A stretch of DNA of 64,000 nucleotides. Origin: Mayamaea pseudoterrestris. Its lineage: Eukaryota. This document shows positions 31,508 to 43,720 of this stretch, in pieces. A program made the position numbers and the translations under genes. The stretch's first letter is position 1. The number at the start of each line of letters is the position of its first letter. The stretch covers positions 1,302,001-1,366,000 of the forward strand of contig BROI01000001.1 of the NCBI GenBank assembly GCA_027923505.1. Direction: 5' to 3'. The notes under the pieces are model-generated. The model ran no database searches and had not been told where the DNA came from. It saw nothing but the letters and a program-made list of their open reading frames with translations.

Positions 31508-31959
31508 TCAAGCGTGCAAACCTTGGATGCAACAGCTTTACAAGCTACGGAAGCTAAATAGCAAGATCGACTATGGGAAATTTTGAAACTCGCTGGGCTA
31601 GTTTAGTTAATAAGCGCAGGCGAATAGTCTATATCATCTTTTACGATTCGTGCAGCTGCTGCAGTCTGCGTGCGCGCTAGAAGTAGCAGTTAATCGTAGG
31701 TTATTTTTGCATAGAGTTTCCATGTACAGTTAAAAGTCCGTCGAACGACAAAGTTGCTGCTGGAGTAACCAACAAACGTCGATGTTGCTTGCAGGAAACG
31801 GATGTCGCACCGATAACCGTTGCGATGACGAGAATTCCCGTCCCCCTCCTCTCCATCAAACATCAAACCGTCGGCAGATTTGATAACCATCAATAAACTG
31901 CAATCATCGCTTCGACCCATCAACTACTACGGTAGTATTCGAAAGTATTGAAACCAAGC

Positions 31960-32874
31960 ATGGTGACTGTAACAATACCGAAGAATATGAATAGTCAAGC
32001 AGCAAACGACTGGATGTCGCCGCAACCACACGGCTGGTTTCCTCAATCGACTCCATTCGTCATGACAGGCATAATCTTGATGCATTCCATGTATCGAATA
32101 CTCTACTATATTTACGAGAATCCCAGCATTGCTGCGTATCTCTCCATACCGTCTCCTTCTTCCGACTACTGCAACAATTCCGAAAAGTGCGGACGACCCG
32201 ATCTCTTTGCCTTTCAGTGCGTCAGCGCCGCGACGTTTTGGACGATTGGAATACTGTCGCTACGTACTTGGTACGCGAGAAATGGCGCACGCAGCAGCAT
32301 GCAAGTCTCGACGCCGGAGCACCGCATCTACTCTGGACTGCCCGTGACGGAAACCATTGCATCCATCAACATGAGCTACCAATTATGGGACTTTTACGTG
32401 TCGCTCTCCATCCCCGAGCACTGCACCATCATCATGATGACGCACCACTTTGTGGCTGCCATTGTCTGCTGGAGCGTCTTGACGTCGCGCACGCTTGGAT
32501 GTCACGCCGTCTTTTTCCTTGGCATGTCGGAAGTGAGTAGCATGTGGCTCGTGTTGCTCGACATGAGCAAGTACTTTTCGCCGTCGCAACATTCTTTGGC
32601 GCATGTTGTTGTGGAACACGTTGCGGGGCCACTCTTTGTCGTCACGTTCATATACTACCGCGTCATTTTATGGTGGCGCGTGAGCTACCAGTTTTGGAAC
32701 GATGTGCAGAGTGTGAAAACTACCGGACAATCCGAACGGCTGCGACCAGGCCGCACCTGGGTGTTGCATCTACTGCTCTCGCTAATGATTCCCATGGGAA
32801 TATTGCAGCTTTACTGGTTGACAATCATTGCGCAGGAAGTGCAGGGAGTGCTCTCAAAAGAAGACATGGCGTAA
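31960..32874 (+). CDS. TLC (TRAM/LAG1/CLN8) domain membrane protein
   Basis: YQLWD, MMTHHFVA, FFLGMSEVSS and FIYYRV motifs with several TM helices; copy at 61065..61979. Confidence 0.88.
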   Translation: MVTVTIPKNMNSQAANDWMSPQPHGWFPQSTPFVMTGIILMHSMYRILYYIYENPSIAAYLSIPSPSSDYCNNSEKCGRPDLFAFQCVSAATFWTIGILSLRTWYARNGARSSMQVSTPEHRIYSGLPVTETIASINMSYQLWDFYVSLSIPEHCTIIMMTHHFVAAIVCWSVLTSRTLGCHAVFFLGMSEVSSMWLVLLDMSKYFSPSQHSLAHVVVEHVAGPLFVVTFIYYRVILWWRVSYQFWNDVQSVKTTGQSERLRPGRTWVLHLLLSLMIPMGILQLYWLTIIAQEVQGVLSKEDMA

Positions 32875-33146
32875 GGGTATGTCGGAAGCATTTTATCGCC
32901 ATTCATGGGTATCAGCTACTTCAGGCTCATCTGCAAGACTAGACATCTGTTCGACCGTTTATTAGATGTATATTTGGTGCTACGACTATTCACCTACGGT
33001 AGCCGCTACCGCAAGAAGCAGCAGGTTAACAAGTTTGCGTCGATACTTTTCAGAAACGGTGTGACGCAGTTGGCGAGGTTGCCGATCCTCCGCGCCATCG
33101 ACTTGTGTTCTTCCGCAGACAAAAGCAGCATCAAATCATCGAAAAC

Positions 33147-34455
33147 ATGATGCTTGCCAATCGTTCCTTCGCTCGTTACGTTGAAAAACTCTTCCAAAAT
33201 CGATCATATACAGCAACGAGTGTACATCATGACCGCATTGTGGTAGCTGTAGGCGGCAATGCCCTTCAGCGCCGCGGCGAGCGCCTGACGATTGAAAACA
33301 TGCTCAAGGCGGCTGCCGAAATGGCACCCACCATTGCCGCACTCGCCGCGGAGCATGAGGTGGTCTTGACGCATGGAAACGGACCGCAAGTGGGAGAGTT
33401 GGCGCTGGAGCGATCGGCGGCATCGTACGTATATGCGTCGTGTGTGTCGTTGAATTCCGTGTGATGATTTTATGACCCTGCTTATATCGCACTCAATGAT
33501 GTAATGTCTCTTCTTTATAAACTGCTGTATCTTATCAGATTCGACGTCCTCGGCGCAGAAAGCATGGGCCAGATTGGCTACGTTTTGGCGCAGGCGCTGG
33601 CGAGCGTCGGTTGCCAAACCGTTCCAATCTTGACGCAGGTGGTTGTGGATCAATACTCCGAAGCCTTTCGCAATCCAACCAAATACGTTGGTCCCGTCTA
33701 CGGCGCCAAGGAGGCAATGGCTTTATCCGAGTCACTGGGATGGACGGTTCGAGCCGATGGTGAGTACTGGAGACGAGTGGTTCCTTCGCCTCCGCCGCTG
33801 GAAATCTTGCAGGTGCAGGCCGTCACGTGCCTACTGGAGCATGCGCCGAATTTGCTTCCCATTGCCTGCGGCGGAGGCGGTGTGCCGGTCATGCGAGTGC
33901 CGTCGCGACCGGAAACCTTGCTGGGAGTGGAAGCTGTCATTGATAAAGACATGTGTGGAAGCAAACTGGCGATTGAGATTGAAGCGGATGGCTACATTAT
34001 TTTGACGGATGGAGGAGGTATATTCAAGGTAAGTGCTGTAACGTACAGGTTCCACTCGCTGTTGTCTACTATTTCGAAAACCGGTTCTTAACGCTCTCTT
34101 TGTTCTCATCGTTGGTTTCTCATCGCAGAACTTTGGCAAACCAGACGCTGCTGAAATGAAGGAGGTGACTCCGGAATACTTGCTTGGTACCAAGGCTGGC
34201 AAGGGCTTTCCAGGAAGCATGGGACCAAAGATTGAAGCGGCAATCATGTTTGTTGAGCAATCCAGGAATCCTGACAAGGTATGGGCAGCCATTGGTGACT
34301 TGAAGGATGCCGCAAAGATTATCAAGCGCGAAAAAGGAACAATTATCAAACGAGACGTCAAGGACAATGTGATTTGGTGGGACAAACCACTTGCGTCGTC
34401 AACGTCACCTCCAATGCCTCCCAAGCTGTCCAAGGAGCCGCCAAAGTATGGATAG
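33147..34455 (+). CDS. Carbamate kinase with mitochondrial-type presequence; introns 33425-33538 and 34029-34128
   Basis: IVVAVGGNAL, THGNGPQVG, NPTKYVGP, WRRVVPSP, CGGGGVPV, GVEAVIDKD, GSMGPKIEAA; both GT-AG introns restore the frame. Confidence 0.95.
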
Positions 34456-34584
34456 TTGCGTTAATTATTTGGTCTGGGTTTGCTACATGGTTTTTTTTGC
34501 GGACAAGTCGCAATGATATATTGGTACATCATTTTGAATGCGATACATCAATTATATAAATCGCCTGCATGTTTACAATTCTCG

Positions 34585-36225
34585 CTAGTAGTCGTACTCG
34601 TCATCGTCGTCAAGATTGCTGCTGCCATTACCAAACAAGCCAGCGACGCAGTCGCCATTGTCCTCCGCCAGCTCCGTCGTTTTGACGGCGCACTCTCGAT
34701 CGCGTCGAGACACCACAACCACATTGGCGCTTTCGTTTTCGTCGTTGCCGTTGCTACCAACTTCGTTGATTGGTTTTTGATGTCGATAGTACCACGAAAG
34801 TTGTTCCGACTCGACCACGTGCTGTTGCTCCACGTGTATCTCCTGCAGCGCCGTCAGCATTGCCCGCAGCTCCAATATATTCTTGGCCTTGCAAAGATTT
34901 TCACGAACATGTGAATGCGACTGCAAGTCGTCGTGCAGTATGCGATGCAAATGCATGCGAATGCACTTGAATCCACTTCCTTGGCCACCAAGTTGTGGTG
35001 GATGAATTTCGCACAGGTCGAGATACTCGCGCGCCAGTGACACGCGGGAGCGGCGAGGTGCTGCCGCAACGTCTGGTGTGAGCGGCGCTTCAAAGAGCGC
35101 CGGATACTCTAAAATGGCTTCGCTCGACATGACGGCGTCGCAATTTGTATACGCGAGACAATCAATGGCATTCTGTCTCGACGCAATGGATCCATTCGCA
35201 ACGATTGGAACGTAGTCACCCAACTCTTGGACGACGGTTCTAATTGCCTCCATGTCGCATGGTCCAACGTGGTGACCCTTGTGATGCCGCGTCCGTCCGT
35301 GAATAATAAGCATGTGCGCCTTTCCCTCGTGGACCAAACGTCGATAGAGCGCGAGACTGGCGGGTAAATCACTCTGCGGTGCGTCGTCGTCTGTCACAGT
35401 AACAGTAGCAGGATTGTCATTGACTGACTCGTCATCGTCAGTGTCTTCATGTGGCTCGTTGCTGACAGTCGTTGCGGCAATTACCTTTCGCTTCCTATGC
35501 CGCGGCAGCAACCGCACCTTTACCGATACTGGAATTTGCAAACGATCCGTCAGCAGTTTAACGAGTCGCACCAAATCATCCGGCTGCTCGAGCAAAAAGG
35601 CGCCATATTTTCCTCGCTTGGCAATGTTCTGCGGACATCCGCAGTTCAAGTCAATGCCGTGCACGAGTCCAGTGTCTTGCAGTAAGAGTGCGGCCTGCAA
35701 GACAAACTGCGGCGCGTGACCTGATCCACACAGTTGCGCAATCAAGGGGCGATCGTAGCAGTCTGGTTGCTGTTGCTGATTTTTACTATTGTCGCTACTT
35801 TCACTATCATTTCCTTGAATTACTGCTTCAAGTTGCTGTATTTTCCGTGGCAAGAATTTGCTTCGATAGTCGGCCGACTCGACGAGTAGCCTCGAGTGAA
35901 TCATTGGCGTGACGGCAATCTGACAGCCGTACTTGCGACAAAGCAGTCGAAAGGGCAAATCGGACTGATCCACCATGGGGGCGAGCATGAATATTGGTGG
36001 TAAAAGATTTGATTGTAGTAATGACGAAGAAGTACATGATGTTTCGGTGCTGCCGCCGTTGCATTCGTATTTTTGGACAAGCTTCCGAAGCCATTGCCGA
36101 TCCACCGGTAATCGAGTAGCTGCCCCTGCGCTTAAAGCTTCATCGCTAGTAGTAGCCGGAGCAGTCATGTTGATCATGCCGATCGAATGTGGAAAGTAGC
36201 CTTCGTCGAAGAGCTGCAATGGCAT
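34585..36225 (-). CDS. DUS1: tRNA-dihydrouridine synthase (DUS1-like); true start may be slightly downstream
   Basis: LAPMVDQSDLPFRLLCRKYG, DRPLIAQLCG, IDLNCGCPQNIAKRGKYGAFL, PVSVKVR, HGRT, VANG, VMSSEAILEYPALF. Confidence 0.92.
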   Translation of the reverse strand: MPLQLFDEGYFPHSIGMINMTAPATTSDEALSAGAATRLPVDRQWLRKLVQKYECNGGSTETSCTSSSLLQSNLLPPIFMLAPMVDQSDLPFRLLCRKYGCQIAVTPMIHSRLLVESADYRSKFLPRKIQQLEAVIQGNDSESSDNSKNQQQQPDCYDRPLIAQLCGSGHAPQFVLQAALLLQDTGLVHGIDLNCGCPQNIAKRGKYGAFLLEQPDDLVRLVKLLTDRLQIPVSVKVRLLPRHRKRKVIAATTVSNEPHEDTDDDESVNDNPATVTVTDDDAPQSDLPASLALYRRLVHEGKAHMLIIHGRTRHHKGHHVGPCDMEAIRTVVQELGDYVPIVANGSIASRQNAIDCLAYTNCDAVMSSEAILEYPALFEAPLTPDVAAAPRRSRVSLAREYLDLCEIHPPQLGGQGSGFKCIRMHLHRILHDDLQSHSHVRENLCKAKNILELRAMLTALQEIHVEQQHVVESEQLSWYYRHQKPINEVGSNGNDENESANVVVVSRRDRECAVKTTELAEDNGDCVAGLFGNGSSNLDDDDEYDY

Positions 36226-36503
36226 GTTGATGAATGGCTGTCACGCTTCAAAGTGTCGCATTAATGTCGTACCATCACTGAAAGAATCGTTACGGTCGGC
36301 CGGCGTGCGCGCTCGCCAATGCGAGGACGTGCCTCGACAAACCACGCATCGTCACCGTGGGTGGAGGCGACAAGCAAGCGTATTTGACCATGGCTACTGC
36401 TGCGAGCGACAAGAGTCTCGTCTATTGAATCGTACATAGCGACGGACTATATATATAGACAGACTGCCGCTGCTGGTGGTGCCGCTAATACTACAATCTC
36501 CTC

Positions 36504-38009
36504 ATGTCGTCCTCCAATAGCAAGGGCCTCTCGCGAAGATCAGCCGCATCATCGCAGGCGGCATCGGCCAGCAAAAGGTCGTCATTGAGCGACAATATCA
36601 GCTACAATAACAATCATCAAAATTCGAATACGCTCTGCTGCTTGAACTGCTACAATTATCGATCCGAGGTCTTGGAGTACGATTACTCGCGAGTGAATGA
36701 CGCTACATCGTCGTCGCAACCCTTTCCGCGGATTCGCAGTCGCGGCGAGTACTACATTGACTCGTACAATGACCAGCCATGGAGCTGGACCTTTGGGACT
36801 CATGAAAGTGTACGTTTAGTGAATTTTACAGCGAATGGATGGAGCAAGAGTGTCACTCTCTTTGGCGTGTAGAGGCGAGGCAATTGCTGCGTTTGCAGGA
36901 GGTGCTGCCGCTGCATTGCCGTCGCAGCGCTGCTTTTAGCTTTTCTCATTTACCTTTCCAAACTCTACATACTTACCAAAAATCCTCTTCTTCATCTATT
37001 TTCAGAACGGAATTTGGTGCAACTCATCCGACCAAGCTGGCAGCATTATGAGCGCCATGGTTTGGTTGCTCATGATGTACTCGGCCATGACGGTCACCTC
37101 CCTGACCGTCACGGAAGGCATTCCCGTTCCACTCGGCCTAATGTACAATTGCCTCGTGACCATGTCACTCGCTTGTCACGCCAAGACTTCCTTAACGGAC
37201 CCTGGTTCCGTGCCGCACCAAGCCATTCCCAGTGAGCGGCAACGCATGGCGCGCGACTCACACAGCATGTGCGGACAGTGCCAAACCTTTAAACCACCAG
37301 GCTCGCATCACTGCCGCATTTGCAATCGATGTATTGGACGCATGGATCATCACTGTCCGTGGATGAACAACTGCGTCGGTGTCGCCAACTTGAAACACTT
37401 TTTACTATTCTTGAGCTACACGTGGACGTGCGCCACCTACTCGCTGGTGCTGTTTGGATGGAACTACTTTTTCTGCGCCGACGAGGATTGCACCTTTCAT
37501 CCGTTGGTGGTGCACTTGGTGCGCATCATGACGCTGCTGGCGCTCGGGGCGTTTCTGTTCACGAGCAGCATGCTGATGAACGTGTTGTATGGCGTACTGA
37601 CTGGCATTGGAACGATTGATCGACTCAAGAAAAAGGCGACCAATACAATGAGTCAAAGTGAGGAGGAGCCGATTCAGTTGATTGATGTGAGTATATGTTG
37701 TAGTAGCAGTGAGAATGAATGATTCTAACAAAGTGTCTGCGTCGTCACATCTTGCTGAGACTCACCTCATTTACACCTGTATTTTGCTAAATTACGCAGA
37801 TTTTTGGAATTGCACCAATATATACATGGTTTCTTCCAATCGATCCAATATTCGAAGACTTTGATCGAGTCATGGGTTACACCATGCCGCAACGATTGGA
37901 TCGGGAGCGACAGTTTTGCGAAGGACAACGGTCCATGCCGCCGGATCTTGACCACTCGCCGTCGCTGGATCACATGCCAAAGTGCGTCAATGACTTACTG
38001 CCAGTGTAG
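36504..38009 (+). CDS. DHHC palmitoyltransferase; introns 36810-37005 and 37687-37799
   Basis: TDPG, CxxCxxxKPPGSHHCRICNRCIGRMDHHCPWMNNCVG; GT-AG junctions give a continuous frame ending at TAG 38007-38009. Confidence 0.93.
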
Positions 38010-39391
38010 CGAGCGCTGTAAGGAACGTGACGGCTGACGCAATTATAGGCTACAAGGCGACTTGTCGCGATGCATGGAGCAGGGTCTGCATGGTTCGCAG
38101 GCCTTTTCGATATGGATATACAGTAAATGTACTAGACACGACAAGTTATCGTCTGCTTCACTACGCACTTTAATCTTGCACCAGCCATGCGTACGTTGTA
38201 AACATTACTGCTGCAATGAAAGTCAAGGTGGAGTCGTTATTTACTCCTCACCGACCCTCTTCACATGCATCGCACCTTGCTCAAGCAGTTGCATACACCA
38301 GTTACCCCGTTGGATTATTCATCGATGCATGTAGTTGACAGTCATGATGCGTTGCTTGCTTGCTTGTTGACATTATTTAGCAACGAAACGCAACACCTTC
38401 TTGTTGCTTCCCAATCAAAATGTAGTTTTTTGCTCATCAGCAACCTACTGGTCGCTCTCACGCGTTGTCTGTTATCAACAAAAAGGCCGTAAGGCTAGAC
38501 AGCAATGGTTAACTTTAAGGAATAACGCAAGTTGGTCCAGCGACGGCAAGTTTCTCGTGCAAGTCGACGACCATAATTGAAAAATCTTCGTATGCTACAG
38601 TTTCTGCAATGCGCTCTACAGGCCACGTCGGTCGCTCGATTGCGAAATTGAGGGGAAGTCATTGTTCACGCAGAATGCGTGTTGCTTTTTCTATTGCTCG
38701 AAAGTGAATCCTGTTCATCAAGATTTCCAACGACCGACGAAAAGGCGACCGGCGACCGACGACCGACGAAAGCAACTTGAAGAACAAGCGATGTCAAGCT
38801 TCAAACGCCGCATGCGATATGCGATCCAAGAGACCAGCCGGAACTAGCAGATCCTTGGTGACATGAGATAGTGACATGAAAGACGAGTTGCCAACCCTCA
38901 AAGATTCAATGTGTACATGTGTATCGACGAATGTAATGTAACTATTGGCTATTTGGAGAACAGCTCTTGCATTTGCATTTGGCTTGAGCAGTCGCAAAAA
39001 CCAAATCTTGCAAATAAAGGAAGCAATGCCATGCGTATCAAACAGTTTTTAAGTCCTCACCACCATTCACCGAGTGTCTGAATATTAATGTCGATTGGTT
39101 TTGTCGTTTTGTCATGGTCTATTGTCGAACGTCGAAATTCGAAATTCGAAATTGCAACCGGTGCGATTCGAAAGAGCCACATAAATAGGCCCAACTCGAG
39201 ACGATGACTCATCAAGACATTTATTGTCATTATGAATCATTGCCCTATGTCAGTTTGCGTTCGCAGAAAAGCCCTTCAACGTTTCAAAGTGACTGGCCTC
39301 GTTCCATGCGCGATTCCACGATTAGCCCCTCGACGACAGCTTCACATATTATTCCCATCCAACCAGATACTGCGCTGCTCAATTAACCATC

Positions 39392-39745
39392 ATGCGCGTC
39401 CTCATCACATCTCTTCTACTGCTACTTGCCTCCAGCGCATCGGCGCAATATACTTGCAAAAAGATTGTCGAGCCAGTCGTTTTGAGCAAGGTGCAACTCA
39501 CTGCTTCCTACGTGGCCAAGCCACTCGATCCACCCAACTTTGTCTGTCAAACCTCCAAGGGAGTCTGCATGAAGGACAAGGTCGTACTATGTCACATGCA
39601 GGGTGAACCCGTCACTCTATGCATTCCGGAAACGGCAGTGGAGGCACACATGAAGCAGCACAAGGATGACTTTTGCGGGTGCTGCGGACCGACGGAAAAG
39701 ACCATTCCGTCCTACTGCAAGGGCAAGGCCAAGTCGGCCTTTTAA
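39392..39745 (+). CDS. Small secreted Cys-rich protein with a KVVLCH...TLCI...AVEAH..H..D.CG.C motif
   Basis: Signal peptide MRVLITSLLLLLASSASA followed by 8 Cys in about 100 aa. Confidence 0.8.
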   Translation: MRVLITSLLLLLASSASAQYTCKKIVEPVVLSKVQLTASYVAKPLDPPNFVCQTSKGVCMKDKVVLCHMQGEPVTLCIPETAVEAHMKQHKDDFCGCCGPTEKTIPSYCKGKAKSAF

Positions 39746-40202
39746 TAGCATTGGCAACGACTAGTATTTACATGTAACAAGGAGCTTTACTTTAGGAGGA
39801 TTCGATTATATATACAACACTTTAAGTGTACTTCCGTCAGTAGCTTGTAGTTCCCGAAAGAGATTCCAACGACTATGCGAGTGAATGGTACTTGAACGAC
39901 CTGCATTGTCATCACAAATAGTAGCGTCCCTTGTATAGAAAACCTTTCGAGAATCGATGGAGGTTGCTGCTGCAAGTCGGCGGAAAGTTGTCGGTGGGCT
40001 ACATTGATTCGCCTGCCTGCAGCCGCGCTTGAATTAGTAGATGATCAAGAGCATTTAAACGGATGCAAAGGACAGTATTTACAAATAAAAGACATGATAC
40101 GAACGATGAGTTAACCGACTCGAGCAGGTTGCGCGACGGTAACTGGTCGAGCGCTTGCTTGCTTGACGTGGTTGAGTGGTTTATTGATACTCGTTCGCTC
40201 TC

Positions 40203-41192
40203 TCATCCTTCATCCTGTCCGTCGCGAGACGACAGTATTTCACTATCGGATTGGAGTGAGTCTGGCAAGTCTGCCGCATTTGCGTCTGCTTGCTGCTGCT
40301 GCTGCTGCTGCAATGGACGCGACAGTGATTGCTGCTGCTGGTGTTGTTGCAGCAGTTGTTGATGCTGCTGCAAGCTTTGCTGCTGCAGCTGAGCCTGTTG
40401 CTGCAGCTGCGCTTGCACAAGGGCGAGTGCATTGGCGTCGAAATGAAAACTTTGCGGCATGAATTGACCAAAGCTGCCTGGCATTCCGGTATTGTAGGCT
40501 GCAGCGGCAAAAAGTTGCTGCTGCGGAAGGCTGCTACTCAACACATGGTGCTGCTGTCCGTTAAAGTGCGAGTCCATGTTCAATGGACTGTGCTGCAGCA
40601 GCAGCTGCTGCTGTTGCTGAAGTAATTGTTGCTGCTGCTCCAGCTGCGCATGGGATTGTCGCGCGGAATGAGTTGCAAGCGAATTGCGCTCGTCTGCTTG
40701 CTGCTGCTGCTCCGGTTGGCTACCATTCATATCCGGCTGCACTGACTGCTGCTGTTGCGGTGAAGCCGGGCCATGACTCGAAGACGTCTCATGCTGCTGC
40801 TGCTGCTGCTGTAACAAAAGTCGATTCTGCTGCGTCAATACATCTACTTGCGCACGCAGTAGGGCAACCTGTCGTTCCAATTCCGCCTTGTCTTGCACAA
40901 GCGCCGCATTCTGCGTCTGCAAATCTTTCAGTAGCGCCTTGCCTCGCTGTCGCGACTTTAACGCATGCATGCGATTGGCCTCGCGGCGGGCGGCGACGCG
41001 ATCCTCCACGGATGAAAGGTCCGCGTCGGAGGAGGAACGCTTGCGATCGTTGGTGGCAATGGAGCTAGTCGTGGTGCCTTCGTCGGGCGGCTTGGGGAGA
41101 ATGTCAGCGTTGATTAACAACTCATCCTTTGCTTCGTCAGCTCTTTCGCTGGTACTTCCAAGAGCTAATGACATGCTCAATTCTAAGGTCAT
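40203..41192 (-). CDS. bZIP transcription factor with polyQ tail
   Basis: Basic region RREANRMHALKSRQRGK followed by a leucine heptad repeat; start may be the Met at 41174. Confidence 0.9.
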   Translation of the reverse strand: MTLELSMSLALGSTSERADEAKDELLINADILPKPPDEGTTTSSIATNDRKRSSSDADLSSVEDRVAARREANRMHALKSRQRGKALLKDLQTQNAALVQDKAELERQVALLRAQVDVLTQQNRLLLQQQQQQHETSSSHGPASPQQQQSVQPDMNGSQPEQQQQADERNSLATHSARQSHAQLEQQQQLLQQQQQLLLQHSPLNMDSHFNGQQHHVLSSSLPQQQLFAAAAYNTGMPGSFGQFMPQSFHFDANALALVQAQLQQQAQLQQQSLQQHQQLLQQHQQQQSLSRPLQQQQQQQADANAADLPDSLQSDSEILSSRDGQDEG

Positions 41193-41525
41193 AATAGAGA
41201 GCGACGGATTGTGTAAGAGGATATTGTAGAAGAAGGAAAACTAAAAGAGTCAAAAAAGTCCATTCATGCCAAGGCAAGCAACATTCGTACTTTGACTTCT
41301 TCAGTGCAAATTGTTTCAAGCACAGCAATAGATCTAAAACTCTTTTGATGCTGCTCTCGTTAGCCTCTGTCGACTTGGAAGATACGTTTCGTCGCAGCGG
41401 CCAAGGTGCGAGAGCATCAGCGGTCGTGTTTCGTCATGGTGGGTTCGCCGCAACGTTGCGCAGCGCTCCGATGACATCCGGCTCGTCGTAGCGGTTATCA
41501 TTATGCGGTCCCATCAGTACCGGTA

Positions 41526-43507
41526 GTAGAACTGGAGACTAGAGGGGCTAGTGATAAATGCTTTGCACTTTCTACATCATATAGCAATGCCTGTCAACTG
41601 CCAGCTATCAATTTATACCTCTCTAACCATTGAAGTTGGTTATGGCAGCTAGCTACCGTGGACAAGCCTGGGGCCACGAAATTCTGGCAGTCCCTGTCAC
41701 AGAACTTGGAGACTAGATGGCTTAGCGAGGAATGCATTGCACTTTCTACAACATGAAACAATGCCTGTCAACTGCCAGCTATCAATTGAAACCTCTCTAG
41801 CTAGTGAAGTGGGTTATGGCAGCCAGCTACTGTGGACTAGCCTGGGGCCACAAAATTCTGGCAGTCCCTGTCATAGATCTTGGAGACATTATGGGCTAGT
41901 GATGAATGCATTGCACTTTCTACATCATGAGACAATGACTGTGCACTGCCAGCTATCAATTGATACCTCTTTGGCCGCTGGAGTGGGTTATGGCAGCCAG
42001 CAACTGTGGACAAGCCTGGGGCCACAAAATTCTGGCAGTCCCTGTCGCAGAACTTGAGGCCTAGATGGCCTAGTGAGGAATGCATTGCACTTTCTACATC
42101 ATGAAACAATGCCCATCAACTGCCAGCTATCAATTGATACCTCTCTGGCTGCTGGAGTGGGTTATGGCAGCCAGCTACTGAGGCACGGGCCCATGGAAAA
42201 ACAAATCAACTGCCAGCTATCAATTGATACCTCTCATGCCACTGGAGTGGGTGATGGCAGCCAGCTACTATGGACAAGTCTGGGGCCACGAAATTCTGGC
42301 AGTCCCTGTCACAGAACTTGAGGACTAGATGGCCTATTGAGGAATGCATTGCACTTTCTACATCACCAAACAATGCCTGTTAACTGCCAACTATCAATTG
42401 ACACCTCTCTGGCCATTGGAGTGGTTATGGCAGCCAGCTACTGTGGACAAGCCTGGGGCCACGAAATTCTGGCAGTCCCTGTTCCAGAACTTGAGGACTA
42501 GATGGCCTAGTGAGGAATGCATAGCACTTTCTACATCATGAAACAATGCCTTTTAACCGCCAGCTACCAATTTATACCTCTTTGGCCGCTGGAGTGGGAA
42601 ATGGCAGCCAGCTACAGTGGACAAGCCTGGGGCCGCAAATTTCAGGTAGTCCCTGTCACAAAACTTGGAGACTACATGGGCTAGTGATGATTGCATTACA
42701 CTTTTGACATCATGGAACAATGCCTGTCAACTGCCAGCTATCAATTCATACCTATCTGGCTGTTGGAGTGGGTTATGGCAACCAGCTACTGTGGACAAGC
42801 CTGGGGACAACAATATTCTGGCAGCTCCTGTCACAGAACTTGGAGACTACATGGGCTGGTGATAAATGCATTACACAATTGACATCATGAAACAATGCCT
42901 GTCAACTGTTAGCTATCAATTCATACCTATCTGGCTGTCGGAGTGGTTCATGGCAGCCAGCAACTGTGGACAAGCGTTGGGCCACAAAATTTTGGCAGTC
43001 CCTGTCACAGAACTTGGAGACAAGATGGGCTAGTGATGAATGCAATGCACTTTTTACATCATGAAACAATGTCTGTCAACTGCCAGCTATCACTTTATAC
43101 CTCTCTTGCTGGTAAAGTGGGTTATGGCAGCCAGCTACTGTGGACAAGCCGCACCCACTGGGGCCACGAATTTTGGGCAGTCCCTGTTGCAGAACTTGGA
43201 AACTAGATGGGCTAGTGAGGAATGCATTGCACTTTTTACATCATGAAACAAAACCTGTCAACTGCCAGCTATCAATTGATTGCTCTCTAGCTAGCGGAGT
43301 GGGTTATGGCAGCCAGCTACTGTGAACAAGCCTGGGGCCACGAAATTCTGGCAGTCCCTGGAGACTAGATGGGCTAGTGAGGAATGCATTGCACTTTCTA
43401 CATCATGACACAAGTCCTGTCAACTGCCAGCTATCAATTGATTGCTCTCTAGCTAGCGGAGTGGGTTATGGCAGCCAGCTACTGTGGACAAGCCTGGGGC
43501 CACAAAG
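41526..43507. repeat. Tandem satellite array B, 174 bp monomer, about 11 copies with internal rearrangements
   Basis: Anchor AGAACTTG at 41701, 41875 (variant) and 42049; partial units near 42180-42210 and 43360. Confidence 0.96.
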
Positions 43508-43720
43508 TTCAGTCTTGTTCCAAGAGTCGTAACAACCTCGGCCATGGCACATGTTGAAATTTGAATAAGCTCAAACCACATCCAATGCTGCGATACATTC
43601 ACTTTTGCATCCATACTGTACGCTAATAACAGATTGAGAGATAGATCATTCAAAACATGTATATCTATAATAACGTTGTGCGACTACTAGCCACCGTCTC
43701 GCACATGAGGTAGAAAGTGG

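Noticed and set aside
33147..34455. Bacterial contamination or novel HGT (carbamate kinase)
   Set aside because: It has spliceosomal introns and a presequence, and carbamate kinase is already known in diatoms alongside the urea cycle.
41526..43507. Coding ORFs or CRISPR in satellite B
   Set aside because: Full-length tandem monomers with frequent stops and frameshifts.
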